Positions 49,562 to 59,106 are shown, numbered from the stretch's first letter. The stretch: DNA of 64,000 nt from Verrucomicrobiaceae bacterium (GCA_051252135.1 JBPOGH010000006.1:96001-160000), one strand, 5' to 3'. Notes: generated from the letters alone by a model not told the origin. Numbers and translations: made by a program.

Positions 49562-50182
49562 ATGAAATATTTCTTCCTAGCCTACCTTGCCGTTGCCTTA
49601 TTGGTGGTGGGAATCTTTGGATTCCGTGGTGACAAGTTTTCCCAAGCTCCAATCCGTGTCTTTCCCGACATGGACGAACAGGACAAAGTGAAGGCCCAGA
49701 AGCCCAGCGCCTTCTTCGAAGATGGCATGGGTTCCCGCGAGCCAATCCCGGGAACGGTTCCCAATTCGGGTGATGATGGCGTCTTCGCTGTCGACTTCTC
49801 TGCAGGGCGTGATGGCTACTATGCCACCGGCGAGCATGAAGGCACCTATGGAAACGGGATGCCCTCCGAGCTGAGCCTCGGTGATGAGGCGGCCTCGACC
49901 GCGCTTCTTGGACGGGGCAAGGACATGTATGGCGTTCACTGTGCCATCTGCCACGGTGACTCCGGCGATGGCAAAGGTGTCGTTGGTCACTACTTCTCCC
50001 AATCCAACGTGGTTGTGGCGAGCATTCACAACTTTCCACAGTCATCCCACCCGGATGGCTATATTTTCAACGTGATCAGCAACGGTAAGGGAAACATGGG
50101 AGGTTATAAGCACAACCTTCCACTCCGTGACCGTTGGGCGATCGTGGCTTACCTCCGCACACTTCAGGCTGCTGCCAAATAA
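49562..50182 (+). CDS. actE: Alternative complex III monoheme cytochrome c subunit
   Basis: PDM..Q.K...FFEDG..R.P.PGTV, CAICHG, GNMGGY, DRWAIVAYLR. Confidence 0.9.
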   Translation: MKYFFLAYLAVALLVVGIFGFRGDKFSQAPIRVFPDMDEQDKVKAQKPSAFFEDGMGSREPIPGTVPNSGDDGVFAVDFSAGRDGYYATGEHEGTYGNGMPSELSLGDEAASTALLGRGKDMYGVHCAICHGDSGDGKGVVGHYFSQSNVVVASIHNFPQSSHPDGYIFNVISNGKGNMGGYKHNLPLRDRWAIVAYLRTLQAAAK

Positions 50183-50202
50183 ATTTCAACGGTGATCAAG
50201 AC

Positions 50203-51534
50203 ATGGCTCACTTCGTAACATCGAAAGACATTCCGACCAACGGCGAACACCTCGACAAGGGGAAGCTCGCGATGGTGAAAATGGTGACGGGCGGCATTGC
50301 CGGCGTTGGCCTTCTGGGAAGTATCGTATTTCTCCTGACCGGCAACGGGACCGCTCATGGTTCCTACGCCTTTTCATGGCTCTTTGCGCTCTTCTTCGTG
50401 CTGACCATCACCTTCGGTGGATGTTTCTGGACGCTCCTGCATAACCTGTCCAATTCGGGGTGGGGGACTTCGGTCCGTCGTCTTATGGAGAACCTGGGAT
50501 TCGTGTTCCCGTTCATGATTCTCTTTTCAATTCCTCTTCTTTTCCCGGGAGTTCAAAAGTATCTTTGGGAATGGATGACGGCGTTCGGAAACGCCGTTGC
50601 AGACCATCCCGAGATGTCCAGCAGCGAAGCGCTCATGCACAGTTCTGATGCACATGACCACCTTCTCGCCAAGAAGACCTTCTACCTGAGCCCCGGCTTC
50701 TGGCACTTCCGCTTTTTCTTCTACTTCATTGGCCTTGGCGGGGTGATCTGGTTGTTGCGTAAGATTTCGATCGCGCAGGACACCGATCCCAAGCCAGGTG
50801 TGGGTAATCTTTTCAAAGCACGCTCCTACTCCTCATGGGGCATGATCATCTTCGGGGTCTCGATGACTTTCCTTGCCCTCGATTGGGTGATGGCTCTCGA
50901 TTACTCGTGGTTCTCCACGATGTTCGGAGTTTATGTCTTCGCCGGTTCGGCCTTGAGCGCGATGGCGGTGTTGATTCTTACTTCGGTGATTCTTCAAAAG
51001 ATGGGCTACCTCAACAAGGTGGTGACCAAGGAGCATCATCACATCATGGGTAAGCTGATGTTTGCCTTCACGGTCTTCTGGGCATACGTGTCCTTCTCGC
51101 AGTTTTTCCTCTACTGGTATGCCAACATTCCGGAAGAGACCCGTTACTTCATCTTGCGGAACACCGGAAACTGGAACCTTCTCAGCTTGTTCCTCGTGTT
51201 CTTCCACTTTGGTGCACCCTTCCTGATGCTGCTTCGTTCCGATGTGAAGAAGAAGCCCGGCTTCCTGATTTTCATCACCTGCTACATTCTTTTCGTTCAC
51301 TTGTTGGACGTCTACCACATGATCATTCCCGAGCGTGGTCCGTCAGTTACTCTGCTTACCAGTGCGGACCACACAGCCTCGTTGTGGATCGGCGGATCGT
51401 GGCTGGGAGACATCCTCGCGCTTGTGATCGTTGTCTGCGGATTCATCTTCTTCTTCCTGCGCAATCTCTCTTCCGCAGCCCTTTACCCTCACCGCGACCC
51501 TCGTATCCTCGAGTCCGCCAACCTTTCGAACTAA
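50203..51534 (+). CDS. actF: Alternative complex III membrane subunit F
   Basis: About 10 TM segments; DWVMALDYSWFSTMFG, GKLMFAFTVFWAYVSFSQFFLYWYANIPEET. Start ATG 50203. Confidence 0.92.
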   Translation: MAHFVTSKDIPTNGEHLDKGKLAMVKMVTGGIAGVGLLGSIVFLLTGNGTAHGSYAFSWLFALFFVLTITFGGCFWTLLHNLSNSGWGTSVRRLMENLGFVFPFMILFSIPLLFPGVQKYLWEWMTAFGNAVADHPEMSSSEALMHSSDAHDHLLAKKTFYLSPGFWHFRFFFYFIGLGGVIWLLRKISIAQDTDPKPGVGNLFKARSYSSWGMIIFGVSMTFLALDWVMALDYSWFSTMFGVYVFAGSALSAMAVLILTSVILQKMGYLNKVVTKEHHHIMGKLMFAFTVFWAYVSFSQFFLYWYANIPEETRYFILRNTGNWNLLSLFLVFFHFGAPFLMLLRSDVKKKPGFLIFITCYILFVHLLDVYHMIIPERGPSVTLLTSADHTASLWIGGSWLGDILALVIVVCGFIFFFLRNLSSAALYPHRDPRILESANLSN

Positions 51535-51537
51535 GCC

Positions 51538-51837
51538 ATGGATCATACCCGCGATAATCCACTCAAACGTTTCACCGCGTTCTGGATCGCCCTTCTCTTG
51601 GTTGGGTGCTTCGGAATCGCCTGTGTGATTCTGCGCCCGATGACTCACTCCGATACCGAGACCGCCTATGAAATGGTGGAATCCCGTCGTCTGGAAACCC
51701 GCAACGAGATCGAGAAGGCGCAAGCTGCTGCTCTCAATTCCGACAAGCTCGAGCAACAACTTGAGTCCGCTCCCAAAACCCTGAATCAAGCTCCCTCCGC
51801 CGGAGCGATGCCGCTTCCTGCGGCAGTTACCAATTAA
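51538..51837 (+). CDS. Small single-TM hypothetical protein in the respiratory operon
   Basis: 3-7 bp from its neighbours; one TM segment followed by a helical tail. Confidence 0.7.
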   Translation: MDHTRDNPLKRFTAFWIALLLVGCFGIACVILRPMTHSDTETAYEMVESRRLETRNEIEKAQAAALNSDKLEQQLESAPKTLNQAPSAGAMPLPAAVTN

Positions 51838-51844
51838 TTTCGAT

Positions 51845-53329
51845 ATGGCTGAGACTTCTCCATCTTCAGATGCCAATGACATTGCGTTGCGGTCATCGAT
51901 TGACCGTTCTCTTCGTCATCCGGTGATGTTCTTTTTCACGAGCGGTGCCGTCTGGCTCGCTGTGGGTGCGGTATTGGGGCTGATTGCTTCTGCGAAGAAG
52001 CACATGCCTGAATTTCTCTCGTGCTGTCCATTCCTCGATGCGGGAAAAGTGGATGCGGCTCACATTAATTCCCTTGTATACGGGTGGGGAGCGCAGGCTG
52101 CCTTCGGCATGATTATTTGGCTGATGTCCCGCCTTTCCCGCAAGGAATGCACGGCGCCCGGATTGATCCTCACCGCAGGCCACATTTGGAATGCGGGAGT
52201 TCTTGTCGGGGTGGTAGGCATTCTTTTGGGGATGGGAACCGGTGTTCCGTGGATGGAATTCCCGACGGGTGTCTGGCCCGTGCTATTGGTGAGTTATTTG
52301 TTTATCACCGTTTGGTCGTTGATTCAGTTTCAGGTCCGCGATGCAGGTCATGTTTATGTGAGCCAGTGGTATCTTTTGGGTGCGCTTCTGTGGTTCCCTT
52401 GGATTTATCTCACCGCAAACCTCTTCATCTTCAGTTTTGACGGGCATCCTTTGATGGCGGCGGGAATTGCGGCTTGGTTCAAGTCGAGCCTCTTCCTTCT
52501 CTTCTTCCTTCCGGTGGCAATCGCGAGTGCCTACTTTCTGGCACCCAAGGTTACGGGAAGGCCGGTATACAGCTACAACATTGCACTCTTTGGTTTCTGG
52601 TCCCTTGCGGTAATCGGACCATGGGCCGGGATGCAGAAGTTGATTGGTGCTCCCATTCCCCAGTTCCTGCCTTATGTGGGCGCAGCGGCAATGGTCCTGA
52701 TTCTTATTCCGGCGATTGCAGTTGGAATCAACATTCTCAACACGGTGCGCGGGCATGGTGATGTCGCAGCAGCCAGTCCGTCACTTCGATTCACTGTTGC
52801 CGGGATCATCGGGTTTGTGTGCTACGGTGTTCTCTCTTTCGCGATGCATGGGTTTGGTCTTGAGCTGATTCAGTTCAGCTACACCGGATACGGCCTCGAT
52901 ATCCTCGGTCTCTACGGGGTGTTTTCGCTTTGTGCATTTGGAGCGATCTACTTCATTGTTCCCCGAATCACCCGTCGTGAGTGGCTCAGTCGCCGGTTCA
53001 TCAGTTGGCATTTCTATCTCTCGCTCTACGGAGTTGCCTCCGTTGTGATCTGCGCGATTGTAGGAGGCCTGCTTCAGGGGCAAGCGATTGAGGATTCGAC
53101 CCAATCCTTCATCGAGGGAGCTCGCCGTGCCCAAAGCTACGGCTGGGGTGTTACCCTTGCATGGGGTTTCCTGCTTCTCTCCAACCTTTTCTTCTGCCTT
53201 CACTTGCTTCTGATGTGGGCGCGCCTGGGACGCCGGTCCTCGCACCCCACGTTGCTTAAGGCCCACCATGCCGAGAGTCCTCACGGACCAGAAGGTGAAA
53301 TCGATAACTACGGATCCGCGACTTCCTAG
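51845..53329 (+). CDS. CcoN (cbb3 subunit I) homologue lacking the binuclear-centre ligands (probable pseudo-enzyme)
   Basis: CcoN-like landmarks AAHIN, HVYVSQWY, PKVTGRPVYSY, PWAG, SPSLRF, FGAIYFIVPR, WHFYL and GGLLQG. The WYGHN, GPHH and GHVH positions read WFKSS, GMQK and GLDI. Confidence 0.8.
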   Translation: MAETSPSSDANDIALRSSIDRSLRHPVMFFFTSGAVWLAVGAVLGLIASAKKHMPEFLSCCPFLDAGKVDAAHINSLVYGWGAQAAFGMIIWLMSRLSRKECTAPGLILTAGHIWNAGVLVGVVGILLGMGTGVPWMEFPTGVWPVLLVSYLFITVWSLIQFQVRDAGHVYVSQWYLLGALLWFPWIYLTANLFIFSFDGHPLMAAGIAAWFKSSLFLLFFLPVAIASAYFLAPKVTGRPVYSYNIALFGFWSLAVIGPWAGMQKLIGAPIPQFLPYVGAAAMVLILIPAIAVGINILNTVRGHGDVAAASPSLRFTVAGIIGFVCYGVLSFAMHGFGLELIQFSYTGYGLDILGLYGVFSLCAFGAIYFIVPRITRREWLSRRFISWHFYLSLYGVASVVICAIVGGLLQGQAIEDSTQSFIEGARRAQSYGWGVTLAWGFLLLSNLFFCLHLLLMWARLGRRSSHPTLLKAHHAESPHGPEGEIDNYGSATS

Positions 53330-53331
53330 AC

Positions 53332-54069
53332 ATGAAATTCAAAGCGTTTATTTTCGGCCTTCTCGCCAGCTTCGGTCTTCCGTGGCTCCTTGCGATTGTC
53401 GTTCCATTTTCACACATGCGCTCACTTGAGCCCGTCAAGTATGAGGGTAAGGATGTGGATGGTGGAGAAGGGGAGTATTTGCCCAAACGTGACGGGCGGA
53501 TCAAGGAAGGTTCCGAGATTTATGGAGCAGAAGGTTGTTATTATTGCCACAGCCAGCTGATTCGTCCCACCTATGCGGGTTCAGATGTTTGGCGTGATGA
53601 CTGGGCCGGTCTTGAAAAGACGCCTGATCATCCCGACACCCGCCGTGAGACCATTGAGTCGGACTACAATGATGAATTGATTGCCCACGTGGGAGTGATG
53701 CGGGTCGGTCACGATCTTTCCAACCTCGGACGTCGACTTGAGGCAAACCTCAAGGGAGGCGACCTTACGCCGGAAACCTGGTTGTATCTGCATCTCTACA
53801 ATCCACGTGGAGTTCAACCTTATCGCCAAGGATCGCAGGACCTTGAGGCGAATTCGGTTTGTCCTTCCAAACCGGGGTTGTTTTCGGAGGTTGCAGTGAA
53901 TCTTGGTGGTGGACAGGCCCTTCCTCTTAATACCGGAGGTGATGTTGCCGTGGTTCCCACAGACCGCGCCCGCGCTCTCGTTAGTTATCTTCTTTCCCTC
54001 AAAAAGGACACCCTTGGCCAGCCGTTGCCCAAGAGCCTCAATTTTAATCCCGTCCAGCCCGCAGAGTAA
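53332..54069 (+). CDS. CcoO-like (cbb3 subunit II) membrane-anchored monoheme cytochrome c
   Basis: G.EIYGAEGCYYCHSQLIRP, G.MRVGHDLSNLG.R, WLYLHLYNPR, ALVSYLLSL. Confidence 0.85.
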   Translation: MKFKAFIFGLLASFGLPWLLAIVVPFSHMRSLEPVKYEGKDVDGGEGEYLPKRDGRIKEGSEIYGAEGCYYCHSQLIRPTYAGSDVWRDDWAGLEKTPDHPDTRRETIESDYNDELIAHVGVMRVGHDLSNLGRRLEANLKGGDLTPETWLYLHLYNPRGVQPYRQGSQDLEANSVCPSKPGLFSEVAVNLGGGQALPLNTGGDVAVVPTDRARALVSYLLSLKKDTLGQPLPKSLNFNPVQPAE

Positions 54070-54072
54070 GCC

Positions 54073-54849
54073 ATGGCCGACAATTCCAATTCCCCAGACC
54101 TTCGTCCCGACCTCGACGAGAGCACCCACGTCCCCGAACTTCACGCCGACATCTCCAGCGAAGCTGCTGCGGTTGGTCGTGAGAAATCACTCCGTGAAAA
54201 CGGAATGGAGCCGGTTGGACTCTGGATGCTTCTCATTTGCGGATTCGTCCTCCTGGTCGGTGGTTCCGTGCTTGGTAAGGGTGGTGGTTTTCTGAACTAC
54301 GATGAACTCTTCAAACAAGGATACCGGCAAGCCGAAGCCCCGGGCGGAAAGGAGAAGATTCTCCTTCCCGAACCAATTGGCGATCTTTTGGCTAGAGAAG
54401 GAGCCAAGGTATACGGAAAATGCATCGGTTGCCACGGTGCCGACGGTGGTGGCGGAAACGGGATTCCTCCACTTGCTGGCTCCGAGTGGGTGACCGGGAA
54501 CACCGATCAACTTTCACAGATTATTCTCCATGGTCTCAAGGGACCGATTACAGTGGCCGGTAGTGCTTATAACAGCAACATGCCCGCGATGAGCGATGGA
54601 CTTGGACCGAAGGAACTCGCATCGGTGATGACCTACATCCGGAACTCGTGGGGCAATGAAGCACCCATCGTCAGTCCGGAAATGGCTGCAGCGGCGCTTA
54701 AGATCGCCAAAGAGCGAGGAAATGCGCAGGTCGATGTGGCCGAGCTGAAAGCGAACCACGACAAAATGCTTCCAGGTGAGCCGCTTGATCCGGCGACCCT
54801 CTTCGATCCCGAGACTCTTGAACCTGCTGAAGAAGCAGCTGCCGAATAA
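54073..54849 (+). CDS. Membrane-anchored monoheme cytochrome c
   Basis: TM segment, CIGCHG..G.G, PPLAGSEWV, YNSNMP, ASVMTYIRNSWGN. Confidence 0.9.
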   Translation: MADNSNSPDLRPDLDESTHVPELHADISSEAAAVGREKSLRENGMEPVGLWMLLICGFVLLVGGSVLGKGGGFLNYDELFKQGYRQAEAPGGKEKILLPEPIGDLLAREGAKVYGKCIGCHGADGGGGNGIPPLAGSEWVTGNTDQLSQIILHGLKGPITVAGSAYNSNMPAMSDGLGPKELASVMTYIRNSWGNEAPIVSPEMAAAALKIAKERGNAQVDVAELKANHDKMLPGEPLDPATLFDPETLEPAEEAAAE

Positions 54850-54876
54850 CCATTTTTAACGAGACACACTGAAATT

Positions 54877-56763
54877 ATGAGTGCCGACTCCCACGATCAT
54901 CACGACGATCACCACCACAATCCTCCTTTTTGGCAGAAGTATCTCTTCTCCACCGACCACAAGACGATTGGAATCCAGTATGGTTTGACCGCTGGAGCCT
55001 TCCTCTTGTTTGGTTTCTTCCTCATGATCGTGATGCGTTGGAGCATCGCGTATCCCCATGAGCCACTTCCCGACTACCTCAGTTGGATCTTTTCCGACGG
55101 ATGGAAAGCCCGGTGGTTGCAAGATGGCAAGGTGACAGGGGAGACCTACAACATGTTCGGTGCGATGCACGGAACGATCATGGTGTTCCTTGGGGTTGTG
55201 CCTCTTGGGTTTGCGGCCTTTGGTAACTACGTCACCCCTCTTCAGATTGGCGCGCCCGATATGGCTTTCCCGAAGCTGAATATGGCCAGCTATTGGGTCT
55301 ATCTTCTTGGTGGCATTGTGATGTGCGCCAGTTTCTTCATGGAGTCCGGAGCGGCCAAATCCGGCTGGACGAACTATTCTCCGCTCGCCGGTTACGCGGA
55401 TTCACAGATTGTGAACCAATTCCTGGCCGGGCAAACGCAGTGGTTGCTGGGGTTGGTCTTGCTGATTACCTCATCACTTTTGGGATCGGTGAACTTTGTG
55501 ACGACGATCATCAACTTGCGTGCGAAGGGTTTGACCTGGATGCGCCTGCCTTTCTTTGTATGGGCGATGTTGGTGACCGGGTTTCTACTTCTCCTCGCGT
55601 TTCCTCCCCTTGAAGCGGCCGGCATCATGCAATTGATGGACCGTGTGGCGGGATCATCCTTCTTCATGCCAACCGGATTGTTTTCCAAGACCGACGGTGT
55701 GATGGACATTTCCGGTTCCGGAAGCCCGCTCCTATTCCAGCACCTGTTCTGGTTCCTCGGACACCCCGAGGTGTATGTTCTTCTTCTTCCCGCAATTGCT
55801 TGCGTGGCGGAGATCATTCCCTGCCACACCCGCAAGCCTCTTTGGGGATACAAGCCTATGGTTTGGGCGGTCGTGGTTCTTGGATTCCTTTCCTTTATTG
55901 TGTGGGCGCACCACATGTATCTCACCGGAATGGGTCCTGTGATCTCGACCTTCTTCCAAACGACGACAGTCCTGATCTCGATTCCTTCGGTGATTTTGCT
56001 GACCTCGATGCTGATTTCCTTCTGGGGTGGTTCCATCCGCTTCACGATGCCGATGATCTGGGCCGCGGCCTTCATTCCGATGTTTGGAATCGGTGGTCTG
56101 ACCGGCCTTCCGTTGGCCTTCAACCTGGCAGACCTTCACTTGCATGACACCTACTACGTGATTGGTCACTTCCACTACGTGGTAGCGCCCGGTATTCTCT
56201 TTGGTCTCTTCGCCGGGGTTTACCACTGGTATCCCAAGATGACGGGTCGTTTCATGGACAACTTCCTGGGCCACCTTCACTTCTGGCCCTCGTTGATCTG
56301 CATGAACTTCCTGTTCTTCCCGATGCTTACGCAGGGGATGGCCGGATTCCACCGTCGTTGGTATAACGGGGGAGATGCTTATCTGGAAAAGGGAGCCGAG
56401 GGCGCCAACGTCTTTGGCCTGACGGTGCTGGAGAAGATTTCGTTGAATGAAGTGATGACGGCTTCGGCGATCGCGCTGGCAATTTTCCAGATTCCGTTCC
56501 TCGTGAACATGTTCGTAAGTTACTTCTGGGGTAAGAAAATCAAGAATGACAATCCGTGGGATGCCACCACTCTTGAGTGGGCCACCCCAACGCCTCCGGG
56601 GCACGGGAACTTCACTTTTGATCCTTCCGTATATCGCGGGCCTTATGAATACAGCCGTCCCGACCATGATAAGGACTTCTTCCCGCAGTGGGAGGAGCCG
56701 AAGCGTGATCAAGCAACGGACAAGCCCGCCGAATCCCCGGCTGAAGAAGGAACCCAAGCATAA
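54877..56763 (+). CDS. ctaD: Heme-copper cytochrome c oxidase subunit I, A1 type
   Basis: STDHKTIG, MHGTIMVF, DMAFP.LN, WFLGHPEVY, WAHHMY, LHDTYYVIGHFHYV, HRR. Confidence 0.96.
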   Translation: MSADSHDHHDDHHHNPPFWQKYLFSTDHKTIGIQYGLTAGAFLLFGFFLMIVMRWSIAYPHEPLPDYLSWIFSDGWKARWLQDGKVTGETYNMFGAMHGTIMVFLGVVPLGFAAFGNYVTPLQIGAPDMAFPKLNMASYWVYLLGGIVMCASFFMESGAAKSGWTNYSPLAGYADSQIVNQFLAGQTQWLLGLVLLITSSLLGSVNFVTTIINLRAKGLTWMRLPFFVWAMLVTGFLLLLAFPPLEAAGIMQLMDRVAGSSFFMPTGLFSKTDGVMDISGSGSPLLFQHLFWFLGHPEVYVLLLPAIACVAEIIPCHTRKPLWGYKPMVWAVVVLGFLSFIVWAHHMYLTGMGPVISTFFQTTTVLISIPSVILLTSMLISFWGGSIRFTMPMIWAAAFIPMFGIGGLTGLPLAFNLADLHLHDTYYVIGHFHYVVAPGILFGLFAGVYHWYPKMTGRFMDNFLGHLHFWPSLICMNFLFFPMLTQGMAGFHRRWYNGGDAYLEKGAEGANVFGLTVLEKISLNEVMTASAIALAIFQIPFLVNMFVSYFWGKKIKNDNPWDATTLEWATPTPPGHGNFTFDPSVYRGPYEYSRPDHDKDFFPQWEEPKRDQATDKPAESPAEEGTQA

Positions 56764-56783
56764 ACCGCGCACCTTTCGTATCC

Positions 56784-58451
56784 ATGGAAATTCCATTTGT
56801 AGTTAACGCCCGTAAGGACACCGGACTCTTCAACTCGAAGGTTGGAATCTGGCTCTTCCTTGCATCCGAAGTGACCCTCTTCGGTGGTCTCTTTTCCGGT
56901 TATCTGTTCCTCCGCCTCTACGCCGATTACCCTTGGCCCGAGCGGACGCTTCCGATTCTTCCCGGTTTGCTGAATACCTTCATTCTCATCGGTTCCTCGG
57001 TGACGGTGGTTTTTGCCTGGGCTTCGCTGAAGCTGCGGCAGTGGAGAAAGTTCCAGGTTTACATGGCGATCACGCTTTTATGCGCGGCTGCTTTCATGGG
57101 ACTTAAGACAGTTGAGTATCAGGCCAAATTTGCCCACCAGGCGGTTCGGATTTTGGACGACGGTCCGGTGAACGACTTTGCAATCGTGGAGGGACACCTT
57201 CACAAGGGGACAGTTGGTGAAAATGATGAGCTTCATCATGCTGATGCCAGTGATAAAGATGCGATCTATCTCAATCAGATTTTCTTCAAAGCCAGTGAGT
57301 TGACATTCACCCTGACCCGCCCGGTTCATGATTCCTACCTTCAGGATATTTTGGAGCAGGCCGGATCGGATCATCAGATTACTCTTGTCGGCAACTATGA
57401 AGTGAAGGACCACAAGAAGCCCGGGCAGACCAAGGAGATTTTGGCCGATGGGGCAGCATTGTCCCGTGAAGCTCTGGATGCAGCTGAGGAGGCATTCATC
57501 GATGGACGGGCCCACGACGCCAAGGTGCGCACCGCCTTTTTGAAAGGGGATTGGGATTACATGCGTCATGAGCTCGGAAACAAGGACGCCGGCTGGAAGG
57601 TCGTGATGACCGATGAGTGGGCTGCACGACAGAAGGAATCTGCTGCAGATATGAAGGGTCATCTTGTAGGTGCTGCCGGCACGGTGACTTTCAAAGTCGA
57701 TCCTCCGGTTCTCGTTTACTTTGACCCAGATGCGGTCGTGGCAAGTTCCGGCGAGCAGATCAAGTTACGTGATGACACCCAGATTATGGGTGTGCTTAAT
57801 GAGGAGTTGAGTGCGCTTGAGATGGCGATCGACGGAATTGATTTTCGCTTCACCGCACAACGGGCGGTTGAGGAGGGCATTGACCCCGACGCAGCAATTG
57901 CCGGGAGCTGGATTCTTGAGAATGAAAAGGTCAAGGAGATCTGGGATGCCCATCAGGAGTGGCTTCGCTGGCTTAAGGAAGACCTTGCCGAGAAGGGAGA
58001 TGGACATGTTCCGACCGAGTCCGAGTTGTATCGGGTAAACTGGGATCAGATGGTTTCCTATTCCAATGCGGGTTTTGAGGGCATTTATGACAAGGCCAAG
58101 GCCGGAGAGCTTGTTAAGCCGGGTTGGTTTGCGGGATTTGCGGGTCCGAATCACAAGACAATGCATGATCACTTCCCGACGATTACGATTCCACGGAGCA
58201 AGGTCGGTTTCGAGTCTACCTTCACTCCGAAGTGGAACACCTACTATGCGATTTACTTTACGATCACCGGGCTTCACGGACTTCACGTGATCGGCGGAGC
58301 GCTTGTGCTGGGATATTATCTCTTCTTTGGCCGCAAAATGTATGAGAGCAATCCGGAGTGGCTTGCCAACCGGGTCGAGATTGGTGGTCTTTTCTGGCAC
58401 TTTGTTGACCTTGTCTGGATCTTCCTCTTCCCGATCCTCTACTTGATGTAA
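56784..58451 (+). CDS. ctaE: Cytochrome c oxidase subunit III with a large soluble insertion
   Basis: GIWLFLASEVTLFGGLF, NTFILIGSS, K..EY, then ~365 hydrophilic residues, then YFTITGLHGLHV and FWHFVDLVWIFLFP. Confidence 0.9.
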   Translation: MEIPFVVNARKDTGLFNSKVGIWLFLASEVTLFGGLFSGYLFLRLYADYPWPERTLPILPGLLNTFILIGSSVTVVFAWASLKLRQWRKFQVYMAITLLCAAAFMGLKTVEYQAKFAHQAVRILDDGPVNDFAIVEGHLHKGTVGENDELHHADASDKDAIYLNQIFFKASELTFTLTRPVHDSYLQDILEQAGSDHQITLVGNYEVKDHKKPGQTKEILADGAALSREALDAAEEAFIDGRAHDAKVRTAFLKGDWDYMRHELGNKDAGWKVVMTDEWAARQKESAADMKGHLVGAAGTVTFKVDPPVLVYFDPDAVVASSGEQIKLRDDTQIMGVLNEELSALEMAIDGIDFRFTAQRAVEEGIDPDAAIAGSWILENEKVKEIWDAHQEWLRWLKEDLAEKGDGHVPTESELYRVNWDQMVSYSNAGFEGIYDKAKAGELVKPGWFAGFAGPNHKTMHDHFPTITIPRSKVGFESTFTPKWNTYYAIYFTITGLHGLHVIGGALVLGYYLFFGRKMYESNPEWLANRVEIGGLFWHFVDLVWIFLFPILYLM

Positions 58452-58487
58452 TCTCTTTCTGTAACTTTATTTCCAATTTTTTCTGAC

Positions 58488-58871
58488 ATGGCTGATTCTC
58501 CAGAAGCAATTAAGAAGTCGGTGAAGCTGTATACTTTCATCGGGCTCCTCCTTTTCTTTTTCACGGTAGTCACGGTTGCGGTTGCTACCGTCGAGATGCT
58601 CGATTTTGGCGGGCGTGGTTTTGATCACGTCGATGCAATCATTGGTCTGGTGATTGCCACGTTCAAGGCGTCATTGGTGATGATTATCTTCATGCACCTC
58701 AACCACGAGAAGCCGCTCATCTATTTTTTCTATGGATTGGCGTTGCTGATGGCGTTCTTTTGCATGGCGTTGATCGGGTGGGCGAAAAGTGATCCGATTC
58801 AGTTTGGAAACAGCAAGGCATCAGACGGATTCTACAATCCAGGGAAGCCGGCAACCAACGTATCCCACTAA
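58488..58871 (+). CDS. Cytochrome c oxidase subunit IV (prokaryotic)
   Basis: IATFKASLVMIIFMHL; 3 TM segments. Confidence 0.88.
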   Translation: MADSPEAIKKSVKLYTFIGLLLFFFTVVTVAVATVEMLDFGGRGFDHVDAIIGLVIATFKASLVMIIFMHLNHEKPLIYFFYGLALLMAFFCMALIGWAKSDPIQFGNSKASDGFYNPGKPATNVSH

Positions 58872-58889
58872 TTTTCAATATTTTAAGTT

Positions 58890-59093
58890 ATGTCTCTCAA
58901 AGGATTTCACCTCATCTTCATCAGTCTGGCTGCAATTTTTTGCGGTGGCTTCGGGGTGTGGGCGCTGTTCTTTGATCAGGGACAGTCCGGAACGGAAGTT
59001 CAGGTGTTCGGTGGGGTGACCTTACTGGCTGCAGTGGGGCTTATTTTCTACGGAATTTCTTTTTACCGCAAATCCAAGAATATCATCGTTTAA
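58890..59093 (+). CDS. Small 2-TM protein in the oxidase operon
   Basis: MSLKGFHLIFI...; tight spacing within the operon. Confidence 0.7.
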   Translation: MSLKGFHLIFISLAAIFCGGFGVWALFFDQGQSGTEVQVFGGVTLLAAVGLIFYGISFYRKSKNIIV

Positions 59094-59106
59094 CCACGTC
59101 GAAGTC

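Noticed and set aside
51845..54849. Functional cbb3-type oxidase (ccoNOP)
   Set aside because: Five of the six metal-binding His are missing from subunit I, and the third gene is monoheme rather than a diheme CcoP.
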